Assembly: GCA_044376115.1 (NCBI GenBank)
Contig: JBILLK010000025.1
Span: 98,535-162,534, forward strand
Source: Polyangiaceae bacterium
Lineage (GTDB): Bacteria > Myxococcota_A > Polyangia > Polyangiales > Polyangiaceae
Length of the DNA: 64,000 bases
Direction of reading: 5' to 3'
Shown piece by piece: positions 48,704 through 58,356 of the stretch. Positions within the stretch are counted from its first letter, which is position 1. Each line of letters opens with the position of its first letter. Below the pieces are notes generated by a model that ran no database searches, was not told the DNA's origin, and was given only the letters and a program-made list of their open reading frames with translations. The translations under genes were made by a program, and so were the position numbers.

Positions 48704-49423
48704 ATGGCCGGCCTGCAGGTATGCTGCGCCCCCGTGTCGGTTCAACACGAAAACGCACGCGCCCTCGTTTGGGAGGTCGTGCGGCAATTTTCCACGCGAC
48801 TCGAGCGTACGCCATTCGGTCGATTTGCTCGCGCGTTTGCGCTGCTTTTGAGCGTTGTCTTCGTGTCGTTACTGCTCGCGGATCGGCTTGAGTACGGGGC
48901 CAAGTACAAGGCGGCAACGTGGGTCACCTCGGCGGCGCGCACCTCCCTTTGGTGCGTGGTTGGTGCCGTAACCCTCGCGGCGAGCCAGAAGCGTGCGCTC
49001 GCCGATCGGCGAGACGGCGTGGAGTGGCTTTGCCTCAGCGTGGGGCTTGCCCCCAGCAGGCTGCCCTGGCTCCGAATGATGTCCACCTTTTGGCTCGGCT
49101 TTCGCTGGGCCAGCCTCTCGGTGCTGTTGGTCGGGGGCGCCGCCATGGCCGCGGCCGGGAGTTTCAGCGTCGTCTGGAAGCGCAGCCTAGTGATGCTCGC
49201 CTGTTTGATCTTTCTCGCAGTCACCACGGCGCTTTTTTCTGCGATGGCAACGCTCGCGGATGAACTTGCACCCAAGCGGGGTCGCTCGGCGTTGATGCTG
49301 CTCGTGTTCATTTCGGTCGCATTGGCAGAGCTCTCCTCGGTTAAAGAGCTTTCAGTTGCGCACTGGGTTTCAGCGCTGCTGCCGATGTTGACCAAGCTGA
49401 TGGGTGTCAGGGCGTCGGTATGA
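48704..49423 (+). CDS. ABC-2-like membrane protein
   Basis: Five to six hydrophobic segments; coupled to an ABC-like ATPase; start uncertain. Confidence 0.6.
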   Translation: MAGLQVCCAPVSVQHENARALVWEVVRQFSTRLERTPFGRFARAFALLLSVVFVSLLLADRLEYGAKYKAATWVTSAARTSLWCVVGAVTLAASQKRALADRRDGVEWLCLSVGLAPSRLPWLRMMSTFWLGFRWASLSVLLVGGAAMAAAGSFSVVWKRSLVMLACLIFLAVTTALFSAMATLADELAPKRGRSALMLLVFISVALAELSSVKELSVAHWVSALLPMLTKLMGVRASV

Positions 49424-50658
49424 GCGAGCCGAGTCAGCTGCTGATGCAAGGCGTGGTCGGGCGGGATGACGCCGGCCCCAAAGGCGCGCCTCGCGGCCGC
49501 TTGCACGCGCTCTCGCTTTCGCTCGGCCCCTCGAGCGTAGCGCTGCTCGGTTTGCCGGAAGACGGCACACTAGCGTTCGTCGATCTCGTGTCTGGCCGCC
49601 GCGCACCGGATCAGGGCGTCGTTGCGGTCGGTGGAGAGTCGCCGTTCCTCTCCGACCGCTGCCGCCGAAAGATCGGCGCGCTCGGGATCGAGCCGCGCTT
49701 GCCTGAAGTAGGCCGCGTAAGCGAGCTGCTACGGCTAGCCTGCAACGGGCTTTCGCCTGCGGGTGACAGCCTCGCCAGCGGCCTGCTCGCGAGCTTCGGC
49801 CTGGCCTCCTGGGCGACCCGGCGCGTTCGTAGTCTCAGTCGCGGGGAGCTGCGGGCGATCGAGTTCATGCTCGCGGTGTCGATTCCGGAGCCAGCGTTGG
49901 TCGTGCTGACCGAGCCGTTCCAAGATGTGGCCGGGGTCGCTGAGTCGGACGTGGTGGCGGCGATTGAGCGGTTGTCTGCGCGCTGTCCGGTGATCGTTGT
50001 TACGGCCTCACCGCGAGACGCACGCAGGCTGCCTCGCGCTCTCATTCTCCATCGCGGTGCCGTGGTCCGTGAGACGGCGGGGGATCACGCGCAATTGGCG
50101 GGTCGTGCGTTGGCTCAAATGGTGGTCTGGCTCGCCCGTGGAGCACGCAGAATGACGGCTGCGCTCACCGCCGATCGCGCCGTTGACGGCGCTGTGTTGG
50201 AGGTCAGTTCGGGCGAGCTGGACGCTGGCCTCGTGCGCGTGAACGGCAAGGACGTGGAAGCTCTTTCTCTCGCGATATCGAAGGCTGCGGCGACCGAAGA
50301 CGTGGTCGTGACTGGCCTCTCGGAGATGGCTCCACAAATGTTCGATGTGCAAGCCGCGAGCGAGTGGGAGCTGCGGTCGCGCATGATGGCGATGTCGATG
50401 ATGCGGCCCACACAGGGTTTCCCGTTCGGCGGCGCACCGTTTGGCGGCGCACCGTTCGGCGGCGCGCCCGTCGGTCAAGCTGCTCCTGGGTTCGTGGTCG
50501 CGCCGCGTCCAGCGCAGCCCACCGTTCCAACGTCCACGCCGGCCCCGGCCCCACCCCCCGCAGTGGCGGCGCCACCGTCCCCACCCGCCGAAGAACCCGC
50601 GCCTCCCGCGCCCGCGGAGACCCCGCCTGAAGGTGGTCAATCCGGAGGTTCGTCGTGA
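49420..50658 (+). CDS. degenerate ABC-type ATPase with Pro-rich tail
   Basis: ABC-fold landmarks (G...PDQG.V.V.G, LSRGE, L.EP) but Walker A reads GLPEDGT and Walker B reads VVLTEP. Confidence 0.75.
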   Translation: MSEPSQLLMQGVVGRDDAGPKGAPRGRLHALSLSLGPSSVALLGLPEDGTLAFVDLVSGRRAPDQGVVAVGGESPFLSDRCRRKIGALGIEPRLPEVGRVSELLRLACNGLSPAGDSLASGLLASFGLASWATRRVRSLSRGELRAIEFMLAVSIPEPALVVLTEPFQDVAGVAESDVVAAIERLSARCPVIVVTASPRDARRLPRALILHRGAVVRETAGDHAQLAGRALAQMVVWLARGARRMTAALTADRAVDGAVLEVSSGELDAGLVRVNGKDVEALSLAISKAAATEDVVVTGLSEMAPQMFDVQAASEWELRSRMMAMSMMRPTQGFPFGGAPFGGAPFGGAPVGQAAPGFVVAPRPAQPTVPTSTPAPAPPPAVAAPPSPPAEEPAPPAPAETPPEGGQSGGSS

Positions 50659-51359
50659 AGGCTGTGCGCGCAGGTTTTCAGCTTGGGCTCAGCAAGCTGC
50701 TGGGTCGAGCGGGGCTCACCACGGTGGGCCTAACGCTGGTGATAGGCTTGTTCTTGGCGCTGCTCGAGCGCAGGGTCTCACCGCACGGCGCAGCCGATCG
50801 GTTGGTGGCGAGCAGCTTTCGCATCGTGATCCCGCTGGCGCTCTTCTCGCTCTCAACCATCGCCATCGGTGTGGCCAACTTGCGCGAGGTGGTGTGGCCG
50901 GCGGCTCGTTTCGGGCACAGCCGCGGGCTGGTCGCGGCCGGGCATATGCTCGCGGTGGGCGCCGCTGGGGCGCTGCTGGTAACGGCGCTGTTATCGATTG
51001 GCTTGCTCGTTACACACCTTGGGGTTCCAACGGCGGCGATGGCGGGCGGCACCAAAGTCTCGCTGCTCTCCGACTGGTTTACCTGCACATGGATCGGCAG
51101 CTTGGTGGCCTTCGCCTACGCAGCTTGGTTCAGCTTGGGTGCAACACTCGGGCGGCAGGGGGGTGGGCGTGGGTTCGTCCTCACGGCCGACTTCATCTTT
51201 GGCCCAGTCGGCGTGGTGGGCTTTTTGCTGCCCAAAGGCCCTGCTTACAACCTAATCGGCCTGACCGAGAGCACCTCGATCAGCCAGCCGCAGGCGACGG
51301 TGTTCTTGCTCGCAAGCTCGTTCGTGATCGCCGCCATCGCAGCTTTGCGCGCCCGCTGA
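50655..51359 (+). CDS. ABC-2-like membrane protein
   Basis: Six hydrophobic segments; GTGA overlap with the ATPase gene. Confidence 0.65.
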   Translation: MKAVRAGFQLGLSKLLGRAGLTTVGLTLVIGLFLALLERRVSPHGAADRLVASSFRIVIPLALFSLSTIAIGVANLREVVWPAARFGHSRGLVAAGHMLAVGAAGALLVTALLSIGLLVTHLGVPTAAMAGGTKVSLLSDWFTCTWIGSLVAFAYAAWFSLGATLGRQGGGRGFVLTADFIFGPVGVVGFLLPKGPAYNLIGLTESTSISQPQATVFLLASSFVIAAIAALRAR

Positions 51360-51386
51360 GCACAGCTGCCCGGCCGGCGTATTCCG

Positions 51387-52223
51387 TTACTCGGCTGGCC
51401 TGAAGTCGTCGCTCTGTAGCCAACGATTGAGCAACCGACAGCGCTGCTCGCCGTTCACCATTTCACATTCTTCCGCCTGGCGTGACTCGGTAGCGTTCCC
51501 TTCGATCGTGAGCCGCGTGCCGTCGGCCTGCTGCAGGACCACGCTGGCCTGGACCGAAATCACCTCGCTCATCGCCGGGTAGGCCGTATGCGAGTAGGTG
51601 ACCCAATCGCATTGCTCTTCGTAGCGCAGGCAGGTTTCGTTGCATTGCTCGACGACCTCGGTCCAGCAATCCTCGTCGCAGCTATCCTCGGTCACCGTCT
51701 CGCAGGTGGTCTCGCAGCCGCAGTCCTCACAACTTTCCTCGGTCGTGCACTCTTCCCAGGTGTTGCCCTCGCTATCCTCGTAGGTCGTGCAGACGGTGGT
51801 CTCGTCGCAACATTGGGAGCATTCATCCCAACAATCTTCGTAGCTCACCGTTTCACACTGCTGCTCGCACACCTCTTGCTCGACGTCGAAGCAGTCAATC
51901 ACACTGTCGGCGCAAACGAAGCCGCACTCGTAGACCTCCTCGGTCCAGTCGTAGGACAGCGCCAAGTTATAATCCTGCACGTAGAAGCGACCCTGCGCGT
52001 CGGTCGTGATGGCGATACCCTGGTTGCTGTAGACCCGCTCGACGCGAAAGCCGCCGGCGATCTCGAAGTTGACGACGTAGGCGGCGAGCTCGGTGTTGGC
52101 TAGCGGCGCACCGTTCTCATCCTGCAGCCGGCCACTGGCGAGTAACTCCTGACCCGAGCCACAACCCGCTGCTAGCAACGCGAAGCCGATTACGCACCCA
52201 GCTCGTTGAATAAGCCTACCCAC
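51387..52223 (-). CDS. acidic Cys-ladder lipoprotein
   Basis: GTG start, LAAGC lipobox, TTDAQGRF prealbumin-like motif, 20 cysteines in mirror spacing. Confidence 0.75.
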   Translation of the reverse strand: MGRLIQRAGCVIGFALLAAGCGSGQELLASGRLQDENGAPLANTELAAYVVNFEIAGGFRVERVYSNQGIAITTDAQGRFYVQDYNLALSYDWTEEVYECGFVCADSVIDCFDVEQEVCEQQCETVSYEDCWDECSQCCDETTVCTTYEDSEGNTWEECTTEESCEDCGCETTCETVTEDSCDEDCWTEVVEQCNETCLRYEEQCDWVTYSHTAYPAMSEVISVQASVVLQQADGTRLTIEGNATESRQAEECEMVNGEQRCRLLNRWLQSDDFRPAE

Positions 52224-52332
52224 TCCATCATTGTGGGGCTGTGCCTGGCGCTGTCTACCGTAAAAATGCTGCTTACCAGCGCAGGCCCCATCGTCCTTTG
52301 CCTTGCCGCGAGTCAGTGGCGAGCGGGCCGCC

Positions 52333-53844
52333 TCACTCGGCTGCGCTGACCTCGGGAGCGGCCTCTCCGCGCTCGGCCGGGCCATGCACCTGGTAGGCCT
52401 TGCCGCGCGCTCGGTCGACCAGCGTCTTGCTGCGCCATTCGGCGTAGGCCTTGTTGAAGCCGACCGCGCTGCTCGGGTCCAGGATGGGGTTCTTCAGCCC
52501 GCTGACGAACACCAGCATCAGCACCTGCTCGGCCACCGATACTGGGCAGCCCTCGAGACGCAGCGGAACGCCCTCCTTCTTGGCTTTGCGGGCGCGTTGC
52601 GCGAGCGTGACCATCTTCGCGTAGATGTCGTCGTGTTTGACCGTGTACGGGTTCTTTGTTCGGCGGTGCTTGTAGACGTTCTCGATCGAGACGAACTGGC
52701 CGGCGATTTCACCCTTCCACGTGGCGCAGTCGCCGATGAAGACCACCGACTCGCCTGGCCCAGCGGGGATCGGCCCTTCGTACGCGCCGAAGACCACGTG
52801 GGTGCGCTTCATCCGCGCGTCGCACTGCGAGTCGAACTGACGCAAAATCTCGATCGCCTCTTCGATTGCGCCGGGGCAGCCGCCCCAGCAATAGTCGGTG
52901 CGCTCGGGTTCGGGGGGCGGCCCGGCGTAGGCGGTGATGGCCGTGCCCTCGAAGTACTTCTCGACGCGAATCAGCCCGACCTTGAAGCCTACGGCGCGGG
53001 CCTGCGCTTCTTCCAACGTCACGTCGCCCGAGATTTGGATCTTGTCGAGATCGAGCGGCCCAAAGCCGCGTTCGTGCGCCATGCGAATATGGTCCACCGT
53101 GCGCGGATCCACGCGGATGATGTTGGCGCACACGGCGTCGAAGGCGACCTGGCAATTGCCCATGATCACGAGCTTCAGATCGCGCGGGATGGGCGTGAGC
53201 ATGCGCCCTTCACCGGCGACGATGGCGTCGATCGCGATGAACTGCGGCTGAATGATGTATTGCAGATCGGCGATCTTCTCGTCCAGCCGGTGGTCATGGT
53301 CGATCAGCCGATGCCGGTCATCCTGGATACCAATGTAATTTTTGAGCGAGAAGGTCACCGTGGTCCACGGGTGGGACTTGAACTTCGGGCAATTGACGAA
53401 GAAATCGGCTTTGGCGATGGGCTCCGGCGTAAACAGATAATCCCGTAGGCGCTCTTTGTGCGTCAGCGGGATCTCGACCTGGGGCTCCTCCTCGAAGTGA
53501 TAGTGCTTTACGCCGGTGCGCTTGAACATCGGGTAGTAGTCAGCGCCCTCGAAGGCGTAGCGCGTGGGAACCGTGATGCCGCAGCGCTCTCCGATCGCCA
53601 GCTCGCTCATGCCGGTGGGCGCGCGATCGCGCAGCGCCATCACCACGCCCTCTAGGAACTCCGCGCGCGTAAAGGCGAAGGGAAACTGCGGCTTGGAGGC
53701 CACACAGTTGGGCTTGATCAACGTCCTCCCCGAGGGGGTGAGATCGAGCTCCTCCAGGCCCTCGCGGATCACTCGGCGAATGACGCCCGGATCATAGTTG
53801 CTGACGTTGCGGATGATGACCTTGGGCGTGGCCGGGATCTTCAT
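52333..53844 (-). CDS. DUF362 domain protein (likely Fe-S)
   Basis: LIKPN, NCPKFKSH.WT.VTFSLKN.IG, DAIVAGEG, AFDAV; C-terminal CWGGCPG...GDC...GCP. Confidence 0.85.
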   Translation of the reverse strand: MKIPATPKVIIRNVSNYDPGVIRRVIREGLEELDLTPSGRTLIKPNCVASKPQFPFAFTRAEFLEGVVMALRDRAPTGMSELAIGERCGITVPTRYAFEGADYYPMFKRTGVKHYHFEEEPQVEIPLTHKERLRDYLFTPEPIAKADFFVNCPKFKSHPWTTVTFSLKNYIGIQDDRHRLIDHDHRLDEKIADLQYIIQPQFIAIDAIVAGEGRMLTPIPRDLKLVIMGNCQVAFDAVCANIIRVDPRTVDHIRMAHERGFGPLDLDKIQISGDVTLEEAQARAVGFKVGLIRVEKYFEGTAITAYAGPPPEPERTDYCWGGCPGAIEEAIEILRQFDSQCDARMKRTHVVFGAYEGPIPAGPGESVVFIGDCATWKGEIAGQFVSIENVYKHRRTKNPYTVKHDDIYAKMVTLAQRARKAKKEGVPLRLEGCPVSVAEQVLMLVFVSGLKNPILDPSSAVGFNKAYAEWRSKTLVDRARGKAYQVHGPAERGEAAPEVSAAE

Positions 53845-53954
53845 GCGGGAAGGCTAGCAGGTCCGCCAACCGTGGGCGCGGCTCAGAATGGCGAGCGTCT
53901 GCATCCTGCCACCAGGCTTCGACATCGGCCCTCGTCGTTGCTAGGGTCGAGCCC

Positions 53955-54212
53955 ATGCATCGGCATCCCACCATTCGATCTTGGGTTCGCGAGGAAGACG
54001 GCGCCTACAAGGCCGAACTCCACGGATTTGAGTTGCACGTGACCTGGAAGCCTGGAGATCGCGCAGGGGAGCGCGGCTTTCTGTGGAAGGCGACCAAAGG
54101 GGAGACCTTCTTCGAGGCCGCCGGCCTCGAAGAAGAGATCGAAGCGGCGATGGGCGCAGCGGAAGGCGCAGCCGAGGCAGCCGGCGCTCCCGTGGAGCCG
54201 GAGGAGAGCTAA
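53955..54212 (+). CDS. small hypothetical protein
   Basis: 85-aa ORF with natural composition filling an intergenic gap. Confidence 0.6.
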   Translation: MHRHPTIRSWVREEDGAYKAELHGFELHVTWKPGDRAGERGFLWKATKGETFFEAAGLEEEIEAAMGAAEGAAEAAGAPVEPEES

Positions 54213-54652
54213 GCCACGCGGGCGAACGCGCTCGACCAGGCAAGCACCAGCACACCACGCAGCGTCCACGCGACCGTGCGTAGCCAATTGGTGTTCACCA
54301 GCGCCGCATGCGCCTCCGCGTCGAAGCCCGCTGAAAGCAGCGCATGTTTGGGCACCGAGACGAAGATCGTAAAGACCCAGGTCAACAGCGCGAGCGCGAA
54401 AGCACAGGCCGCGAGCCAACGCGGCGCTGAAGCGTCGGTCCACAGCGCCAAGGCGGCGATGAGCTCGCCCACCATCAGCGGCCCGACGACGAAGGTGATC
54501 AGCCGCGAATGCGCCTCGTGATACGCGGCGAACTCGGCTGGCCCTACTTTGGCGAACAGCGGGTAGGCGACGACTTGGACGAGCCAGATCAGCCCGACGA
54601 GTGGCAAGGTCGTGGCGAGGTTCAGCAGCAGCGCGACGCGAGAAGGCTCCAC
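54209..54652 (-). CDS. small membrane protein
   Basis: GLIW.VQ.V.YPLF, VGPLM..E, SVP.H..L, NWLRT..W. Confidence 0.8.
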   Translation of the reverse strand: MEPSRVALLLNLATTLPLVGLIWLVQVVAYPLFAKVGPAEFAAYHEAHSRLITFVVGPLMVGELIAALALWTDASAPRWLAACAFALALLTWVFTIFVSVPKHALLSAGFDAEAHAALVNTNWLRTVAWTLRGVLVLAWSSAFARVA

Positions 54653-54734
54653 CGCGCCCCTGTGGGGTCGCGATGCATCCGAGGAAAGGGCGGATCGCGC
54701 TGCTCGAGCACGGCCTGTGCGCTACCGTGGCCGC

Positions 54735-55703
54735 GTGAAGAAGATCGTCTTTTCCGAAGTGGGTGGGCCTGAGGTACTTCGTTTGGTGGAGGCGGAGCTG
54801 CCGGAACCCGGACCTGGTGAAGTGCGGGTGCGGCACCAGGCGATTGGCGTCAATTTCATCGACATCTACCATCGCACCGGGCTCTACCCGGCCCCGCTTC
54901 CGTCGGGCCTCGGCCTCGAGGCCGCCGGCGAGATCGACGCTATTGGCGAGGGCGTCAGCGGTTTTGCGCTGGGAGATCGCGTGGCGTACGCCACCGGCCC
55001 GATCGGGGCCTACGCCGAGGCGCGGGTGATCGATCCGAAGTACCTGGTCCGGCTCCCCGAGGGCATCGCCTCGTCGATCGCCGCAGCGACGCTGCTCAAG
55101 GGCATGACCGCGGAGTACCTGATTCGTCGCACGGTTCGCGTCGAGCGCGGCGACTGGGTCCTCTTTCATGCAGCCGCAGGCGGCGTTGGTCTGCTCGCCT
55201 GCGAGTGGTTGGTGAAGCTCGGAGCGCGGGTGATCGCGACGGTATCGACGGAGGCCAAGGCCGAGGTCGTGCGCAGCCTCGGCGTCGAACACGTGGTGCT
55301 CTATTCGAAGGAGGACTTCGTGGCACGTTCACGCGAGATCACCGACGGGAAAGGCGTGCGCGTCGTTTACGATTCGGTGGGTCTCGACACCTTCGAGCGC
55401 TCGCTCGACTGCTTGGCGCTGCGCGGTACGCTGGTTGGATTCGGCAATGCGTCGGGCAAACCGCCGATGATGGACCCGATGAAGCTCGCCAAAGGCTCCT
55501 TCTTCCTCACGCGCGCGACGCTCTTTCACTACGCGGCGACGCGCGAAGATCTCGAACTCTCGAGCGGGACCTTCTTTCAGGCGGTGCTCGACGGGCTCGT
55601 CAACGTGAGAGCCCCCAAGGAGCTTCCGCTGGCGCAGGCTGCGGAGGCCCATCGTGCGCTCGCCGGCCGCGAGACCATCGGTTCGACCATCCTCGTGCCG
55701 TGA
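54735..55703 (+). CDS. qor: NADPH:quinone oxidoreductase (zeta-crystallin/MDR family)
   Basis: [48 protein letters not shown]. Confidence 0.93.
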   Translation: MKKIVFSEVGGPEVLRLVEAELPEPGPGEVRVRHQAIGVNFIDIYHRTGLYPAPLPSGLGLEAAGEIDAIGEGVSGFALGDRVAYATGPIGAYAEARVIDPKYLVRLPEGIASSIAAATLLKGMTAEYLIRRTVRVERGDWVLFHAAAGGVGLLACEWLVKLGARVIATVSTEAKAEVVRSLGVEHVVLYSKEDFVARSREITDGKGVRVVYDSVGLDTFERSLDCLALRGTLVGFGNASGKPPMMDPMKLAKGSFFLTRATLFHYAATREDLELSSGTFFQAVLDGLVNVRAPKELPLAQAAEAHRALAGRETIGSTILVP

Positions 55704-55735
55704 CTGCGCCGCTGCGCCGCAGCGGCTGCGATCCG

Positions 55736-56986
55736 TCAGCGGATCGAAAAGCGCTCCGGCCGCTTGGCGATGCCGCGCTCGACCAGGATCACCACCGAGG
55801 CCGGGGCCAGGGTAAGCGCTGGAATGGCCCACGGTAGCGGAAGACCGCGCGAAACCGCGAACACCACCGCCGCCAGAATGACGAGGCTCCCCACCCACAC
55901 CAGGTTGAGCCGCGCCGCATGGCGGGTGACATGGACGCTCATCCACCAAACCAGCAGCAGATACACAGCCACAGCGGTCGCCACCAAGGCCACAGCGTAG
56001 GTCGGCGAAAGGGTGTGAAGCGGGCTCGCTGCTTTGGCCGCCTGCAGCTGATCGGCGACCACGCCCAGGAAGGCGCCCAGCGCTGCCAGCGACATGAACA
56101 AAAAGGCGTGGCCATAGCCCCAGCGAAAGGCGCGTTCACGGTGTTTGTGTAGCGCCTCTCCGGAAGGCACCAAGAAGTAGACCCACCACAGGCTCAAGAT
56201 CAGGCTGGCTGCGCCGAAGCCAACCAGCATCACCTCCAATGACCAACCGGCGGTGGCGATCAGCCCTGCGACGGCGGTGCTCGCGCCCAGCACGCACTCG
56301 CCGAGCACGATGATGGTGAAGAGGCCGTAGCGTTCGGCGATGTGATGGGCGTGCCACGGTGTGTGGCCTGCCTTGGCGGCCCATACGGGAATCCCGAGCT
56401 CGACGGCTGCGAGCGCGATGAAGGAAGGCAGGCCCGCCGAGGCTGGCAGCAACAAGCGCAGTACCCACAAGACCTGAACCGCGCTCACGCCGATGGCGTA
56501 ACGAAGACAGGTGGTTCGACGTTCTGGGTGCTCGCGCGCCGCGCGCAGCCATAGGGCCACGAGGCCCACTCGCATAATCACATAGCCGACGGTGATGGTC
56601 GCAAAGCCGCCTGAGGCGGCCTGTGGCACGCCCGCCGCGAGCACGAGTACGCCGACCATCTGCACCATCGTGAGGAAGCGGTAGGAAACGTCATCGGTGT
56701 CGTAGGCGCTGGCAAACCAGGTGAACGACATCCACGCCCACCAAATGGCGAAGAAGCTCGTGACGAAGCCCAGCAGGCCGCTCGCCAGGTGATGTTCGGC
56801 GGCTGCGTGATGAAGCTGCGCTGCCGCCGCTGCGATCGCCACCACGAACGTCAAGTCGAACAGCAGCTCGAGCGAGGTCGAAACGCGGTGGCTCTCGTGG
56901 ATGTCGCGGCCCGCCATGCGCTTGCGCTTGCGCGTGGATTTGTGGAGGTCCGGCGCGGCCTCAGCCGCTTGGTGGTCCGAGGACAT
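55736..56986 (-). CDS. low-temperature requirement protein A (LtrA) family
   Basis: LELLFDLTFVVAI, WWAWMSFTWFASAYDTDD, HIAERYGLFTIIVLGE. Confidence 0.93.
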   Translation of the reverse strand: MSSDHQAAEAAPDLHKSTRKRKRMAGRDIHESHRVSTSLELLFDLTFVVAIAAAAAQLHHAAAEHHLASGLLGFVTSFFAIWWAWMSFTWFASAYDTDDVSYRFLTMVQMVGVLVLAAGVPQAASGGFATITVGYVIMRVGLVALWLRAAREHPERRTTCLRYAIGVSAVQVLWVLRLLLPASAGLPSFIALAAVELGIPVWAAKAGHTPWHAHHIAERYGLFTIIVLGECVLGASTAVAGLIATAGWSLEVMLVGFGAASLILSLWWVYFLVPSGEALHKHRERAFRWGYGHAFLFMSLAALGAFLGVVADQLQAAKAASPLHTLSPTYAVALVATAVAVYLLLVWWMSVHVTRHAARLNLVWVGSLVILAAVVFAVSRGLPLPWAIPALTLAPASVVILVERGIAKRPERFSIR

Positions 56987-56991
56987 CGGGC

Positions 56992-58296
56992 TTAGTTCTG
57001 GCCAAAATCGAAGTGGCGCACCTCCGTGACCTCGCGCCTCAGCTCCGCGCGAAAGTCGGGGTGGGCCAAGGAGATCAGGCCCTCCGCGCGCTCGCGCAGG
57101 CTCTTGCCGTGCATGTTGAGGGCACCGTACTCGGTGACGATCCAATGCAAGTGACCGCGGGTGGTGACCACGCCAGCCCCTTGTTTCAAGGCCGCGACGA
57201 TGCGCGAGAACTTACCGCCGGAGGCTGTGGAGGGCAGGGCGATGATCGGCTTGCCGTGCCGCGAGAGCGCTGCGCCGCGAATGAAGTCCATCTGCCCGCC
57301 GATGCCTGAGTAGATCGAATGACCCATCGAATCGGCGCAAACTTGGCCGGATAGATCGATCTCGATCGCTGAGTTGATGGCGGTGACGCGCTCATTCTTG
57401 CGAATAAGCGCTGTGTCATTGGTGCGATCGCAGGAGTGGAACTCGACCGCGAGGTTGTCATCGACGTAGTCGAACACCCGCTTGGTGCCGGTAACGAAGC
57501 TCGTCACCGTTCGGCCCGGATGCACCGCTTTGCGCTTGTTGGTGATTACGCCGCCCTCCAGCAGCGGGACCAGCCCGTCGGAGAACATCTCGGTGTGGAC
57601 GCCGAGCTCCAGCTTGTTACCGAGCATCGCCAGCACCGCGTCGGGGATGGCGCCAATCCCCATTTGCAACGTGGCCCCGTCCTCCACCAAGTCGGCGATC
57701 AGCTCGCCGATTCGTCGCTCCACCGGACCGATCGCCGCGGGAGGCGCCTCACAAAGCGGCCTGTCGCTCTCGATCGCCGCGGAGACGCGCGACGCCGGCA
57801 CCACCGTGGCGCCGTGGGTACGCGGCATCTGCCGGTTGATCTCGACGATCACCGTGCGCGCGGTGTCGAGCGCTGCGCGCGCAACATCACAAGAGCTTCC
57901 GAGCGTCATGTTGCCGTGCCGATCCGGCGGTGAAACCTGCAGCACCGCTACGTCCAACGCGACCTGGCCAGAGAGGAACAGCCCCGGAATGTCGGACAGG
58001 AAGATGGGGATGAAGTCGGCTTCACCGGCGGCGATGGCTTTGCGTGCGGCCGGACCGGTGAAGAAGGAGCTCGACAGAAAGCGCCCGTGCGCCGCGGCCT
58101 CGAAGAACGGAACCTCGCCTGCGAGGTGCAGATGGTAGAGCCGTACGCCCTGCAAATCGGTGCGCCGCCCGAGCGCTGCCAAGAGCGGCGTAGGGGTCGC
58201 CGAAGCGCCGTGAAGAAAGAGCCGGTGGCCCGATTGAACGAGCTTTACTGCGCTATCGGCGTCGGTGATTTTGGCCTGCAACGAGCTTGCGTTCAT
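56992..58296 (-). CDS. acetyl-CoA hydrolase/4-hydroxybutyrate CoA-transferase family
   Basis: LQMGIGAIP, GVHTEMFSDG, SGIGGQMDF.RGA, VTEYG, AHPDFR. Confidence 0.94.
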   Translation of the reverse strand: MNASSLQAKITDADSAVKLVQSGHRLFLHGASATPTPLLAALGRRTDLQGVRLYHLHLAGEVPFFEAAAHGRFLSSSFFTGPAARKAIAAGEADFIPIFLSDIPGLFLSGQVALDVAVLQVSPPDRHGNMTLGSSCDVARAALDTARTVIVEINRQMPRTHGATVVPASRVSAAIESDRPLCEAPPAAIGPVERRIGELIADLVEDGATLQMGIGAIPDAVLAMLGNKLELGVHTEMFSDGLVPLLEGGVITNKRKAVHPGRTVTSFVTGTKRVFDYVDDNLAVEFHSCDRTNDTALIRKNERVTAINSAIEIDLSGQVCADSMGHSIYSGIGGQMDFIRGAALSRHGKPIIALPSTASGGKFSRIVAALKQGAGVVTTRGHLHWIVTEYGALNMHGKSLRERAEGLISLAHPDFRAELRREVTEVRHFDFGQN

Positions 58297-58356
58297 GGCT
58301 GCTGACTAGCACGAAGCAAGCATGAGCGGACGTGCTTCGCACAAAGTGACCCGACG

